Assembly: GCA_903839695.1 (NCBI GenBank)
Contig: CAIMDI010000017.1
Location: 1 to 51,887, forward strand
Direction: 5' to 3'
Length of the DNA: 51,887 nt
Origin: Candidatus Tayloriibacteriota bacterium
Lineage (GTDB): Bacteria; Patescibacteriota; Minisyncoccia; Phycocordibacterales; PALSA-1337
The position numbers were made by a program, and so were the translations under genes. Below the pieces are notes generated by a model. That model was not told the origin of the DNA and did not search any database. It saw only the letters and a program-made list of their open reading frames with translations. Each line of letters starts with the position of its first letter. The stretch's first letter is position 1. This document shows, piece after piece, positions 36,826-46,203 of this stretch.

Positions 36826-37296
36826 TTAAATAGCCTTTTCTTTAACATGAGCCTGGCAGGTGAGTGCGACAGCTATGGCGTCATATTCGTCATCAAGCGC
36901 CTTTTTAGCCTTAATTTTTAACAATAATGGAATCATTTTGATTATTTGTGATTTATCACTAGCGCCATGACCAGTAACAGCCACCTTAATTTCTGGTGGA
37001 CTATATTCATATATTTTTATATTTTTTAAACTTGCTTCATAAGATATTACTCCACGTGCTTCTGCTACTCGCATGGCTGTTTTTTGATTTTTTGTAATAA
37101 AAAGTGATTCTAAAGCCATAACATCCGGAGAAAACTCTTTTATTATTTGACCTATTCTAATACCAATTTCCCTAAGCCTTTTGTGAAAATCATCTTTTGG
37201 TGAAGTAGAAAAACACTCTGAGTGAAGTAAAATATTTTTCTCCACAATGGCAATTCCAACTCTATCGTATCCAGGATCTATTCCTAGGATTCTCAT
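36826..37296 (-). CDS. ruvC: Holliday junction resolvase
   Basis: ILGIDPG, ALESLF, EARGV, IK.AVTG.G..DK, DD..DAIAVA. Confidence 0.95.
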   Translation of the reverse strand: MRILGIDPGYDRVGIAIVEKNILLHSECFSTSPKDDFHKRLREIGIRIGQIIKEFSPDVMALESLFITKNQKTAMRVAEARGVISYEASLKNIKIYEYSPPEIKVAVTGHGASDKSQIIKMIPLLLKIKAKKALDDEYDAIAVALTCQAHVKEKAI

Positions 37297-37298
37297 GA

Positions 37299-37832
37299 TT
37301 ATTCAGCGTTAGTGTACACTTCCTGAACCTCATCATTTTCTTCTAGAGCTTCAACAAGTGCATGTAATTTTTCTATATCTTCATCTTCAAGTGGCATTGT
37401 TGTTGTTGCTGTGATTATTCCATCTGAACCTTTTGAGAATGCCCAAGCAGCACTACCAGGGGAGGCGAGCTCTGCTCCATGTCTAGCTAGTATAGCTTTT
37501 ATTTCCTGAGCCGCTTTGTTTCTATTGTCTGTTAATGCCTCAATAAGAATAGCAATACCACCTGGTCCGTATGACTCATATTGAATATTCTCCATTTGAG
37601 CACTATTGTCTGTGGTAGCTTTCTTTATGGCTCTATCAATGGTGTCGTTTGGCATATTTGCTTTTCTTGCCTTTTCAATTGCCAAAGCTAATCCAGGAGA
37701 TTTTAAGTTTCCTCCAGCTTTCTTTGCCTCTACTGTGATAAAGCGAACAAGTTTACCAAATACATTACTTTTCTTTGCGTCATTCGCCGCCTTTTGATGC
37801 TTTATTTTTGAAAATTTATTATGTCCTGACAT
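37299..37832 (-). CDS. yebC: YebC/PmpR family protein (short form)
   Basis: MSGHNKFSKIKHQK, YESYGPGG, TDNRN, VQEVYTN; 177 aa. Confidence 0.92.
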   Translation of the reverse strand: MSGHNKFSKIKHQKAANDAKKSNVFGKLVRFITVEAKKAGGNLKSPGLALAIEKARKANMPNDTIDRAIKKATTDNSAQMENIQYESYGPGGIAILIEALTDNRNKAAQEIKAILARHGAELASPGSAAWAFSKGSDGIITATTTMPLEDEDIEKLHALVEALEENDEVQEVYTNAE

Positions 37833-37833
37833 A

Positions 37834-38700
37834 TTATTTATTTTTAATTAATTTTAATGCGTTTTTAATTTCTTCCTTTTGTTTTTTTTCCAATTCCTTC
37901 ATTTCTTTCTTGTGTCTCGCTTGCATTTTCTTTATATCCTCCGCGGGTGGTAGGGATTCTGGATAAATATTTGACTTAATTAACACACCCCTTACATTTC
38001 TGTTGTTTGCCACATGTTCATTAAGTATACTACCTTTACCCTGAAGATTTTTCTTTTTAGTGTTTTCTGTTGTTATTGCTGTGGCGAATTCTTTTGCGGA
38101 TATTGTTACTTTTGGTAATGCATCTGCTAGTGGTTTATCTTTCGAAACACCAAGTCCCTTCTTCATGTCATCAGTTGTTTTTCCACCAAACAAAGCCTTG
38201 TCGCCAAAACTGCGTATTTCAGATATACCTCGTCCATCAACACCTCTAGAAAATGCAACTACTACAAATTCTTTTTCTGCCAAAGTAAGTTTTTCCCTAG
38301 CACTAATCCTTTCAAATTCCTCAATCCTTTTTTCTATTAATTCCATTTTCCTTGTCTGTGTTATGAAATATGCCTGTGCGAACGCAATCTCAGTTTTTCT
38401 AGGATCTCCATTTAGGGCGATCAGATAACAGGCATATCTTGTAAGTTTTATATCTTTTATCTCTTTTTCCAAATTCATGCCCATTTTTACGATTTTCGTG
38501 ACCTCACGAAAATGGTCTGGAACCGAACCTTTTGATTTCTCACACGCCTCTTTTGCTCTTTGAACAGCTGTTTCAAAGTTTTCCCAACGCAAATATCCTA
38601 GTAGAGGATATAAATCTCTGGCATACCAATACTCTATACCATTTTCTCGACGGGCGTCATCAAAGGTTTTGTAAAGTGTTTGTAATTCTTTGTTCTCCAT
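37834..38700 (-). CDS. dinD: DNA-damage-inducible protein D (BRO-N-like)
   Basis: EYWYARDL..LLGY..WENF, LTRYACYLIA.NGDPRK.EIAFAQ.YF..QTR, PE.LPPAEDIKK. Confidence 0.88.
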   Translation of the reverse strand: MENKELQTLYKTFDDARRENGIEYWYARDLYPLLGYLRWENFETAVQRAKEACEKSKGSVPDHFREVTKIVKMGMNLEKEIKDIKLTRYACYLIALNGDPRKTEIAFAQAYFITQTRKMELIEKRIEEFERISAREKLTLAEKEFVVVAFSRGVDGRGISEIRSFGDKALFGGKTTDDMKKGLGVSKDKPLADALPKVTISAKEFATAITTENTKKKNLQGKGSILNEHVANNRNVRGVLIKSNIYPESLPPAEDIKKMQARHKKEMKELEKKQKEEIKNALKLIKNK

Positions 38701-38706
38701 TATCAC

Positions 38707-38878
38707 ATTCTACTCCTTGAAAGTGACTTGTAAACTTATCATCAACAAAGAATTGTTTTGTAATTATTTCCTTTGTAATGGGCACCTTTATTTTAAAATA
38801 CTCTACATTGACCTTTATTAATTTCCTCTCACTACCAGGTGTTTCAAACACCACCTTTCCTGCACCTATTCCATAATA
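38707..38878 (-). pseudogene. possible gene remnant between ruvB and dinD
   Basis: Protein-like open frame (YYGIGAGKVVFETPGSERKLIKVNVEYFKIKVP...) with no convincing start; also contains the dinD promoter TTTACA-N16-TAGAAT. Confidence 0.3.
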
Positions 38879-38880
38879 TT

Positions 38881-39879
38881 TTATTTTTTTAGTTCCAAAT
38901 GCCCATAAGCCTTTTCTGTAGCAGTTCTTCCGCGTGCCGTACGCTCTAGCAACCCTAATTGTATGAGATATGGTTCATACACCTCCTCTATCGTTGCCTG
39001 TTCTTCTGATAGGGCAGCAGCTATGGTATTCAATCCCACCGGACCACCTTTAAACTTCTCAATCATAACTTTTAATATATCTCGGTCGGCGCCATTTAAA
39101 CCTAGATTATCAATACCTAGCATTTTTAATGCTTTTTCTACAGACTCTTTTGTTAAAGAGGTTTTGTTTATTTGTGCATAATCTCTACATCTTTTTAAAA
39201 AGTAATTTGCTGTTCTTGGTGTGAAACGACTACGTAAAGAAATTTCCTTAACAGCTTCTGGATGAATGTTTATATCAAGGATTTTTGCCGATCTTTTGAT
39301 GATTTCACCTATCTCTGATTCTGTATAAAATTCAAGTTTAAAAACACCACCAGAAAATCTTGATCTAAGTGGAGAAGATATCATTGCTATACGAGTAGTA
39401 GCTGCGATAAGTGTAAAAGAGGGGAGCTCAAGTTGAATTGTTCTTGCCGAAGGACCTTTTCCTATAATAATATCCAAAACACCGCTTTCCATCGCGGGAT
39501 AAAGTACTTCCTCAATAGCTTTGTTTAGTCTGTGTATTTCATCAATAAAAAGTATATCGCCGTGTGATAGATTTGTGAGAATTGATGCAAGATCACCAAC
39601 CTTAAGAATGGCTGGGCCTGAAGTTACTTTCATTTGTGTGCCGGTTTCCTTTGCTATCAGGTGAGCAAGAGTGGTTTTTCCTAAACCAGGTGGGCCGTAA
39701 AATAAAATATGCTCAGGAGGATGCTTTCTTTCTTGTGCGGCTGTCAAAAGTATATGCAAATTGTCTTTTATTGATTGTTGTCCTATGTAATCAGCCCACT
39801 TAGAAGGACGGAGTGTCTGGTCTAAATACCCAGTCTCTTTTTCTTGTTCAGAATTATTTTTAGAAATATTACTTGACAT
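38881..39879 (-). CDS. ruvB: Holliday junction branch-migration ATPase
   Basis: LRP, GPPGLGKTTLA, FIDEIHR, LYPAME, EPYLIQ.G.L.RT.RGR. Confidence 0.97.
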   Translation of the reverse strand: MSSNISKNNSEQEKETGYLDQTLRPSKWADYIGQQSIKDNLHILLTAAQERKHPPEHILFYGPPGLGKTTLAHLIAKETGTQMKVTSGPAILKVGDLASILTNLSHGDILFIDEIHRLNKAIEEVLYPAMESGVLDIIIGKGPSARTIQLELPSFTLIAATTRIAMISSPLRSRFSGGVFKLEFYTESEIGEIIKRSAKILDINIHPEAVKEISLRSRFTPRTANYFLKRCRDYAQINKTSLTKESVEKALKMLGIDNLGLNGADRDILKVMIEKFKGGPVGLNTIAAALSEEQATIEEVYEPYLIQLGLLERTARGRTATEKAYGHLELKK

Positions 39880-39953
39880 AACTATTAATATATGCTAAGC
39901 TACTTGGGTAAGTGAATAGCGAAGCAATTATAGCATTTTTACAGGAATCCTTC

Positions 39954-40120
39954 GGATTCATAAATCTCTAAACAATATAGTCCGTTTACTCGAACTATCT
40001 GGTGTAGTTTTGAGGACGTTCTGGTTATAAACCTTGTGTTTATTTACTGGGATTATCCTTGAGGCTACGTTTAACTTTTGGTGATCGCATTGAAAGTATT
40101 GTTTAGAGATTCATGCACCC
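39954..40120 (+). ncRNA. candidate rod-shaped ncRNA (6S-like architecture)
   Basis: 15-bp perfect closing stem 39963-39977/40097-40111; inner helices pair fully only with G-U on the plus strand; upstream TTGACA-N17-TAAGCT at 39873-39901. Confidence 0.55.
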
Positions 40121-40234
40121 GATTTTCTTAAGAAGTTTATATAAGAAAGAAAATCAAAACTCTATCTGCAATCAATATTACCTACTCTCCACTAAAAATT
40201 CAATTGACAGTGGTTTTCTTTTGCTTCGTAACAA

Positions 40235-41905
40235 TTAGTCTACAATAGAAATCACTCTTTGTAGTTCGTCAAAGGATGTGGTGCCCTGCAGTATCTTTAT
40301 AATACCATCTTGTTTAAGTGTAAGTATTGCTTGAGGTGCTGCAGCCTTTTCTATTTGATCAGCACTAGGATTATTTTCCAGTGTAGCGTTTACTTCAGGG
40401 GTCATAAGTATTCCTTCATAAATACCTATTCTTCCTTTGTATCCAGTGTGATTACATTTTTCACATTCGCTGGCCACAAAAATATTTGCTGGTATAGGGG
40501 GTATATCATTTTTATCATATATTGTTGAAATGATTTGGTCTATCATTATTTTATTTTCTCCATCAATAGGGACTGGTTTTTTACAGAACTCACAAAGTTT
40601 TCTAACCAAACGTTGAGCAAGAACTATATTTATTGCCGAACTAATAATTTTAGGATTTACTTTTAGATCTATAAGTCGAGGAAATGAACCAGCGGCGCTA
40701 TTTGTGTGAAGGGTAGAGAACACCAAGTGACCTGTAAGTGCAGAGTTGATAGCTATTGCCGCTGTTTCTCCATCTCGGATCTCACCAACCATTATTATAT
40801 CTGGATCTTGTCTAAGAGCTGCACGCAATCCATCTAGAAATGTGTATCCTTTATCATTAACTTGTGTTTGCACAATACCTTGTAGATGGTATTCGATAGG
40901 ATCCTCAATGGTAATAATTTTTACAGTTGGATTGTGTGCTTTTTTTAAGAAGGCATAAAGGGTTGTCGTTTTTCCAGAGCCTGTTGGTCCTGTTGTTAAA
41001 AGCATTCCATTGGGTTTGTCTATTTCTTTTAAAATAATATCAAGTAATTTTGGTGGTATACCAAGCTCCTCTAATGGAACACCGATAGACTTTGGATTTA
41101 GAATACGCATAACAATGGACTCGTTGTACGCTCCAGGAAGTATAGATGTACGTATTTCTATGTCCATATCTTTTACATGCACACTGAATCTTCCGTCTTG
41201 AGAGTCTTTTTTAATATTTAATTTTAATCCAGATAATAGTTTTACTCTTGAAAGTAATAGCCCATAAGTGTCTGCATCAAAATCTAAAACTTTTACAAGC
41301 ACTCCGTCCAATCTATATCTAAGTCTTATATAGTCCTCCTCTGGCTCAATGTGTATATCGGATGCTCCGGTTGCTAGGGCACCGGCAAGTATTGTTTCAA
41401 GTATTCTAGAAACTCTGTAACTCTTTTTCATAGAGAGGGTGTTTTCTAGTATAGAAATAATTGTTGGCAATCCGTTTGCTTTTTCTATGATTTCAGATAT
41501 TTCATCGCTCGCTACTTCCAAAGAGCCGGCTTTACTTTCATATGCAAAAGAAAGGTCTTTATAAGAATTCCATGCTTTTTCTAAACTGACCGTAGAACAA
41601 ATATAAAGTACAGGCAATAAACCTTTTGCTTTTAGATTGTTTAAAATTTCTTGAACCTTTGGGTCTTCTGGTATTCTTGTTGCAATTTTGACTTTTTTAT
41701 CTATAAGAGCAAATGCAGCCATTTTGTTTTGTCTGGCAGTATTTTCTTCTATTAATCTTAATGCATCAGTGTTTATAGAATTTACAGTTAGGTCAATGTA
41801 TTCAATACCATATTTACCTGAAAGGAGTTGTACTAATTCTTCCTCCTCTCTTTTTAATAGATCACCAACTCTTCTATTTTGTTTATCTTCGTCAAATTGA
41901 ATCAT
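40235..41905 (-). CDS. pilB: type IV pilus assembly ATPase (PilB/GspE family)
   Basis: ASDIHIEP, GPTGSGKTTTLY, TIEDPIEY, LRQDPDIIMVGEIRD, TGHLVFSTLH, tetracysteine motif; probable start 41905. Confidence 0.9.
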   Translation of the reverse strand: MIQFDEDKQNRRVGDLLKREEEELVQLLSGKYGIEYIDLTVNSINTDALRLIEENTARQNKMAAFALIDKKVKIATRIPEDPKVQEILNNLKAKGLLPVLYICSTVSLEKAWNSYKDLSFAYESKAGSLEVASDEISEIIEKANGLPTIISILENTLSMKKSYRVSRILETILAGALATGASDIHIEPEEDYIRLRYRLDGVLVKVLDFDADTYGLLLSRVKLLSGLKLNIKKDSQDGRFSVHVKDMDIEIRTSILPGAYNESIVMRILNPKSIGVPLEELGIPPKLLDIILKEIDKPNGMLLTTGPTGSGKTTTLYAFLKKAHNPTVKIITIEDPIEYHLQGIVQTQVNDKGYTFLDGLRAALRQDPDIIMVGEIRDGETAAIAINSALTGHLVFSTLHTNSAAGSFPRLIDLKVNPKIISSAINIVLAQRLVRKLCEFCKKPVPIDGENKIMIDQIISTIYDKNDIPPIPANIFVASECEKCNHTGYKGRIGIYEGILMTPEVNATLENNPSADQIEKAAAPQAILTLKQDGIIKILQGTTSFDELQRVISIVD

Positions 41906-41958
41906 TTTGTTAATGTTATTTGTATTTATTATAACGTATAAGATGATTTTGCTATCTA

Positions 41959-41986
41959 TTGACATTGCCATCAAATATGATATAAT
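41959..41986 (+). promoter_or_regulatory. consensus sigma70 promoter
   Basis: TTGACA-N16-TATAAT with extended TG. Confidence 0.7.
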
Positions 41987-42036
41987 ATAGGTAAAGCTCA
42001 AATGTCTTGAGCTTGTGAAAGGAAAAAAGAGAAAAT

Positions 42037-42522
42037 ATGAGAAGTTCTTTTAAAATCTTGTTGGTAGCATTTGTGTTGGTTATGTTTGGTAGTATGGCAG
42101 GGCACGCTGAGACTTCGCTGAAAAAACTTTTCAGCCTTAAGAAAGCGGAGGGTGAAAGCCCTTATGTCCGTACACCACCGGCTCCACCAATGCCAACGGA
42201 AACGAACCCGAGCAGTGTCCAAGTGTTCGTACTCATGCCCAATGAGGCGATACCTTGGAGCCGGGTTGCACCAAAACCAGCCGACAGAACGGGTGAAACC
42301 GTTTTGTATAAAGACGGTTTAGAAATGGTCCGGTACTACTATGTGCGCGGCGACCAGTGGGTCGCCGAATACAGTGAAGTACGAAAGGGAAGATGGGTGA
42401 AAGTTGTGACAGTCACAACCACACTCTCTTGGTCCTATGGTGCATGGACCAACAAGGTGGTGGTCTCACCACCAGTCATGGTTCCAGACCGTGGAACCAA
42501 AAGCAGTAGAGGTAGACATTAA
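42037..42522 (+). CDS. hypothetical secreted protein, GC-rich relative to the window
   Basis: Signal peptide (..AGHA), Pro-rich linker, beta-rich domain; own promoter and terminator. Confidence 0.7.
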   Translation: MRSSFKILLVAFVLVMFGSMAGHAETSLKKLFSLKKAEGESPYVRTPPAPPMPTETNPSSVQVFVLMPNEAIPWSRVAPKPADRTGETVLYKDGLEMVRYYYVRGDQWVAEYSEVRKGRWVKVVTVTTTLSWSYGAWTNKVVVSPPVMVPDRGTKSSRGRH

Positions 42523-42538
42523 TTGCTACCTCTGCAAC

Positions 42539-42574
42539 CCAGCCCCTCTCAAATTGAGATGTGGGCTGGTTTTT
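42539..42574 (+). terminator. intrinsic terminator
   Basis: CCAGCCC...GGGCTGG stem followed by TTTTTG. Confidence 0.75.
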
Positions 42575-42642
42575 GTTTTATTTATATTAAATTTTCTTAT
42601 TTATGCTATATTTATTTTAATAAAATAATTTTGCCATATAAA

Positions 42643-43083
42643 ATGAAAAAAACATTTATTACACATTCTTTAGAGGAAACACAAAAATTTGCTAAAGATT
42701 GGTTGGCATCTTTGCCTTTTGAAAGTGATGAAGCAACAATAGTAGGACTTTATGGAAATCTCGGTTCAGGAAAAACAACTTTTACACAATCCGTAGCAAA
42801 GGAATTAGGTATTCATTCTTCAGTTACTAGTCCTACTTTTGTTATAGAAAAATTATATGAAACAAATCACTCACATTTTGCTAGACTTATTCACATTGAT
42901 GCATATAGATTAGAAAGCGGACGAGAATTACAAACACTTAATTTTGAGGATTTAGTTGATAATCCAAATAATTTAATAATTATAGAGTGGCCAGAAAATA
43001 TTAAAGAGATTTTACCAGAAAATCATTTGAAAATACTTTGTGAATTTGTCGATGAGAATTCTAGGAAATTTGAGGTACAATAG
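42643..43083 (+). CDS. tsaE: tRNA threonylcarbamoyladenosine biosynthesis ATPase
   Basis: G.LGSGKTTF, VTSPTF, HIDAYRL, IEW. Confidence 0.95.
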   Translation: MKKTFITHSLEETQKFAKDWLASLPFESDEATIVGLYGNLGSGKTTFTQSVAKELGIHSSVTSPTFVIEKLYETNHSHFARLIHIDAYRLESGRELQTLNFEDLVDNPNNLIIIEWPENIKEILPENHLKILCEFVDENSRKFEVQ

Positions 43084-43087
43084 GACT

Positions 43088-45499
43088 ATGAAAGAGGTAA
43101 TAGAAAAACAGAAAAAGACTGCAGGAACAGAGATAAAGCCAAAAATGAGTCCAAAGAGACTTGTGCTTCTTGATGCACACGCTATTTTACATAGGGCTTA
43201 TCATGCATTGCCAGATTTTATGTCTGCAAAAGGGGAACCAACAGGTGCTCTGTATGGCCTTACTACTATGCTCATAAAAATAATTGATGAACTTAAGCCA
43301 GATTATTTGGTTGCTTGCTACGATTTACCACAGCCAACATATAGACATGAAGCATATAAAGATTATAAAGCAGGAAGGGCAAAGGCGGACGATGAACTGG
43401 TTGCTCAAATGAAACGATCTAGAGATGTTTTTAAGGCTTTTGATATTCCTATATATGACATGCCAGGTTTTGAGGCCGATGATATGCTTGGTACTATCGT
43501 AGAACAATTAAAAGACAATTCAGAAATAGAAATAATTATTGCTTCTGGTGACATGGACACACTTCAACTTGTTACTGGAAAAAAAGTTCAAGTATATACA
43601 TTAAAAAAGGGTATAAAAGATACGATTATTTATGATGAAAGTGGTGTGAACGAACGTTATGGTTTTGGACCACTTCAGCTTCCTGATTACAAAGGGCTTC
43701 GTGGTGATCCATCAGATAATATTATAGGTATCGCCGGGATTGGAGAAAAAACCGCGACAACACTTATTTCTACTTTTGGGACAATAGAAAATATTTATAA
43801 AGAATTAGAGGATGGCAATGAAGCAAAATTTAGTAAAGCAGGCATTACCGCAAGAATTATAGGGCTTTTAAAAGAGGGCAAAGAAGACGCTGAATTTAGT
43901 AAAATGCTTGGAACTATACGCAGAGATGCTCCAATAAATTTCATATTGCCTAAAAATTTCAATGAAGGAATCGATTTCGATAAAATAATTTCTTTATTTA
44001 ATGAATTAGATTTTAGAACTTTAGCAAATAGACTACGAATGGTTCTTGGTGGAAAAGCTGAAGAAATTAAAAAAGAAGAAACCGAACAAAATATTTCAGA
44101 AAAAGATTTAACTGAGACAGGCATCGCTCTTTGGCTTATTAATTCCAATCTAACAAACCCTACTGTTGATGATGTTTTAGAATTTGCAAAGACAAAAGAT
44201 TTTTCAGATGCAAGAAAAATTATCTTTGCTGAGCTTGATAAAAGGGGATTAAAAAAGGTATATGAGGATATTGAATATCCCATAATTCCAATTATCAAAA
44301 ATATGGACGAAAAAGGTGTAAAAATTGATAAGGATTTTTTAAATGAATTATCAAAAACTTATCATACAGAACTTTCCAAATTAGAAAAGAAAATTTGGGA
44401 ACATGCTGGAGGAGAATTCAATATAAATTCACCAAAACAACTCGGCGAAATTCTTTTTGATAAAATGCTTTTAACAGCTAAAGGTCTAAAAAAGACTAGT
44501 GGCGGAGCTCGTTCAACAAGAGAGTCGGAGCTCGAAAAACTTAGAGATTCACATCCTATAGTTCCATTACTTTTTGAATATAGAGAACTTCAGAAATTAC
44601 TTTCTACATATATTGATACTATACCTACTCTTGTAGATGATAATAACCGCCTGCACGCTCATTTTTTGCAAACGGGCACTACAACCGGCAGAATGTCGTC
44701 TCAGGGTCCAAATCTTCAAAATATTCCAGTTAAGACAGAATTGGGAAGAGCGATAAGAAAAGCTTTTATCGCTGAAAAAGGATTTGTTCTTGCTTCTTTA
44801 GATTATTCACAAATCGAATTGCGCATAGCCGCTTTTCTTTCTGGTGATGAAAAACTAATTGAGATATTCACAAAAGGTGAAGACGTGCACACCGCAGTCG
44901 CCGCTGAGGTTTTTGAAGTTCCCTTAGATAAAGTTGATAGAGAAATGCGTAGAAAAGCCAAGGTTATAAATTTCGGAATACTTTATGGTATGGGTGTTAA
45001 TGCATTAAGACAAAATCTTGGAGAGGGAACAGAACGTGCTGAAGCCCAGAAATTTTATAATGATTATTTTCTAAAGTTTTCCGGTTTGGCATCATATCTA
45101 AATCAAGTAAAAGCTGATGCACAAAGAAAAGGCTATACTGAAACTTTTTTTGGAAGAAGAAGATATTTTGAAGGAATAAATTCAAAATTATCATTCATAA
45201 AGGCAATGGCAGAGAGAATGGCTATTAATGCTCCTATTCAAGGAACAAGCGCTGATATTGTTAAAATTGCGATGAAAAGAATAGATGAATATTTGATTAA
45301 AGAGAATTTACAAAGTGATGTACAACTTATTTTACAAGTTCATGATGAGCTTGTTTATGAAGTTAAAGAAAAGATGGCTGATAAAATAATTGAAAAAATA
45401 AAAAAGATAATGGAAACGGTTATTGATCCAAAAGATATTAAAGGTATAAAGTGTATAGCTAATGGAGTTATAGGAAAAAATTGGGGAGAATTGAAATAA
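43088..45499 (+). CDS. polA: DNA polymerase I (5'-3' exonuclease plus polymerase, 3'-5' exonuclease domain largely absent)
   Basis: EADD, GD.SDNI.G..GIG.KTA; TGRMSS..PNLQNIP, DYSQIELR, KVINFGILYG, QVHDEL. Confidence 0.95.
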   Translation: MKEVIEKQKKTAGTEIKPKMSPKRLVLLDAHAILHRAYHALPDFMSAKGEPTGALYGLTTMLIKIIDELKPDYLVACYDLPQPTYRHEAYKDYKAGRAKADDELVAQMKRSRDVFKAFDIPIYDMPGFEADDMLGTIVEQLKDNSEIEIIIASGDMDTLQLVTGKKVQVYTLKKGIKDTIIYDESGVNERYGFGPLQLPDYKGLRGDPSDNIIGIAGIGEKTATTLISTFGTIENIYKELEDGNEAKFSKAGITARIIGLLKEGKEDAEFSKMLGTIRRDAPINFILPKNFNEGIDFDKIISLFNELDFRTLANRLRMVLGGKAEEIKKEETEQNISEKDLTETGIALWLINSNLTNPTVDDVLEFAKTKDFSDARKIIFAELDKRGLKKVYEDIEYPIIPIIKNMDEKGVKIDKDFLNELSKTYHTELSKLEKKIWEHAGGEFNINSPKQLGEILFDKMLLTAKGLKKTSGGARSTRESELEKLRDSHPIVPLLFEYRELQKLLSTYIDTIPTLVDDNNRLHAHFLQTGTTTGRMSSQGPNLQNIPVKTELGRAIRKAFIAEKGFVLASLDYSQIELRIAAFLSGDEKLIEIFTKGEDVHTAVAAEVFEVPLDKVDREMRRKAKVINFGILYGMGVNALRQNLGEGTERAEAQKFYNDYFLKFSGLASYLNQVKADAQRKGYTETFFGRRRYFEGINSKLSFIKAMAERMAINAPIQGTSADIVKIAMKRIDEYLIKENLQSDVQLILQVHDELVYEVKEKMADKIIEKIKKIMETVIDPKDIKGIKCIANGVIGKNWGELK

Positions 45500-45503
45500 C
45501 AAA

Positions 45504-46184
45504 ATGATTTATTTTTTTCATGGAAATGATACGGAAAAGGCGAGAATTAAAGCAAATGAGCTTGCCAATTCTTTACATAAGAAAAAACCAGAAGCATCTT
45601 TTTTTAAAATGGATGTAGAAAATTTTGATATTACTACACTTCAAGAATACATAGGCGGGCAGGGACTTTTTTCAAATAAGTATATCGTTTTATTGGATAG
45701 GCTTTGTGAAAAGAAAGATATTAAAGAGTTAGTCACCGATTTACTAAAAGAGATTTCTGAATCAGAAAACATTTTTATTATTTTTGAAGCGAAGATAGAT
45801 AAAGCAACAGCCACAAAAATAGAAAAAAAGGCAGAAAAGACTGCAACTTTTGATTTGTCAGAAAAAGAAGAAAGAGAATTGAAAAGTAAAAAAGAAGAGG
45901 GGATGAATATTTTTGATATAGCAAATGCGCTTGGAGAAAAAAACAAGAAACATATTTGGATTATTTATCGTCAGCTTCTTGAAGAGGGGAAGGCGGTAGA
46001 GGAAATTCACGGTGTTATTTTTTGGAAAGCAAAAAGTATGTTGCTAGCAAATGATTTTAGGATATGGACAAGCGAGGAATTAATGAAATTAATTGAGGAT
46101 TTAATTAATGTTTATCATCAATCTAGAAGGGGTAATACTGATTTTGAATGTGGATTGGAAAAGCTATTGTTAAAAATTAAATAG
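45504..46184 (+). CDS. DNA polymerase III delta-subunit-like protein (short)
   Basis: MIYFFHG.D, GLF...IV.L, NIF...ALG motifs resemble HolA. Confidence 0.55.
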   Translation: MIYFFHGNDTEKARIKANELANSLHKKKPEASFFKMDVENFDITTLQEYIGGQGLFSNKYIVLLDRLCEKKDIKELVTDLLKEISESENIFIIFEAKIDKATATKIEKKAEKTATFDLSEKEERELKSKKEEGMNIFDIANALGEKNKKHIWIIYRQLLEEGKAVEEIHGVIFWKAKSMLLANDFRIWTSEELMKLIEDLINVYHQSRRGNTDFECGLEKLLLKIK

Positions 46185-46203
46185 CAATTTATTTCTGCTC
46201 TTT

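Noticed and set aside
37299-45499. Short YebC and PolA lacking the proofreading domain as pseudogenes
   Set aside because: Both frames are intact with conserved N- and C-terminal motifs; these are clean internal domain losses typical of reduced genomes.
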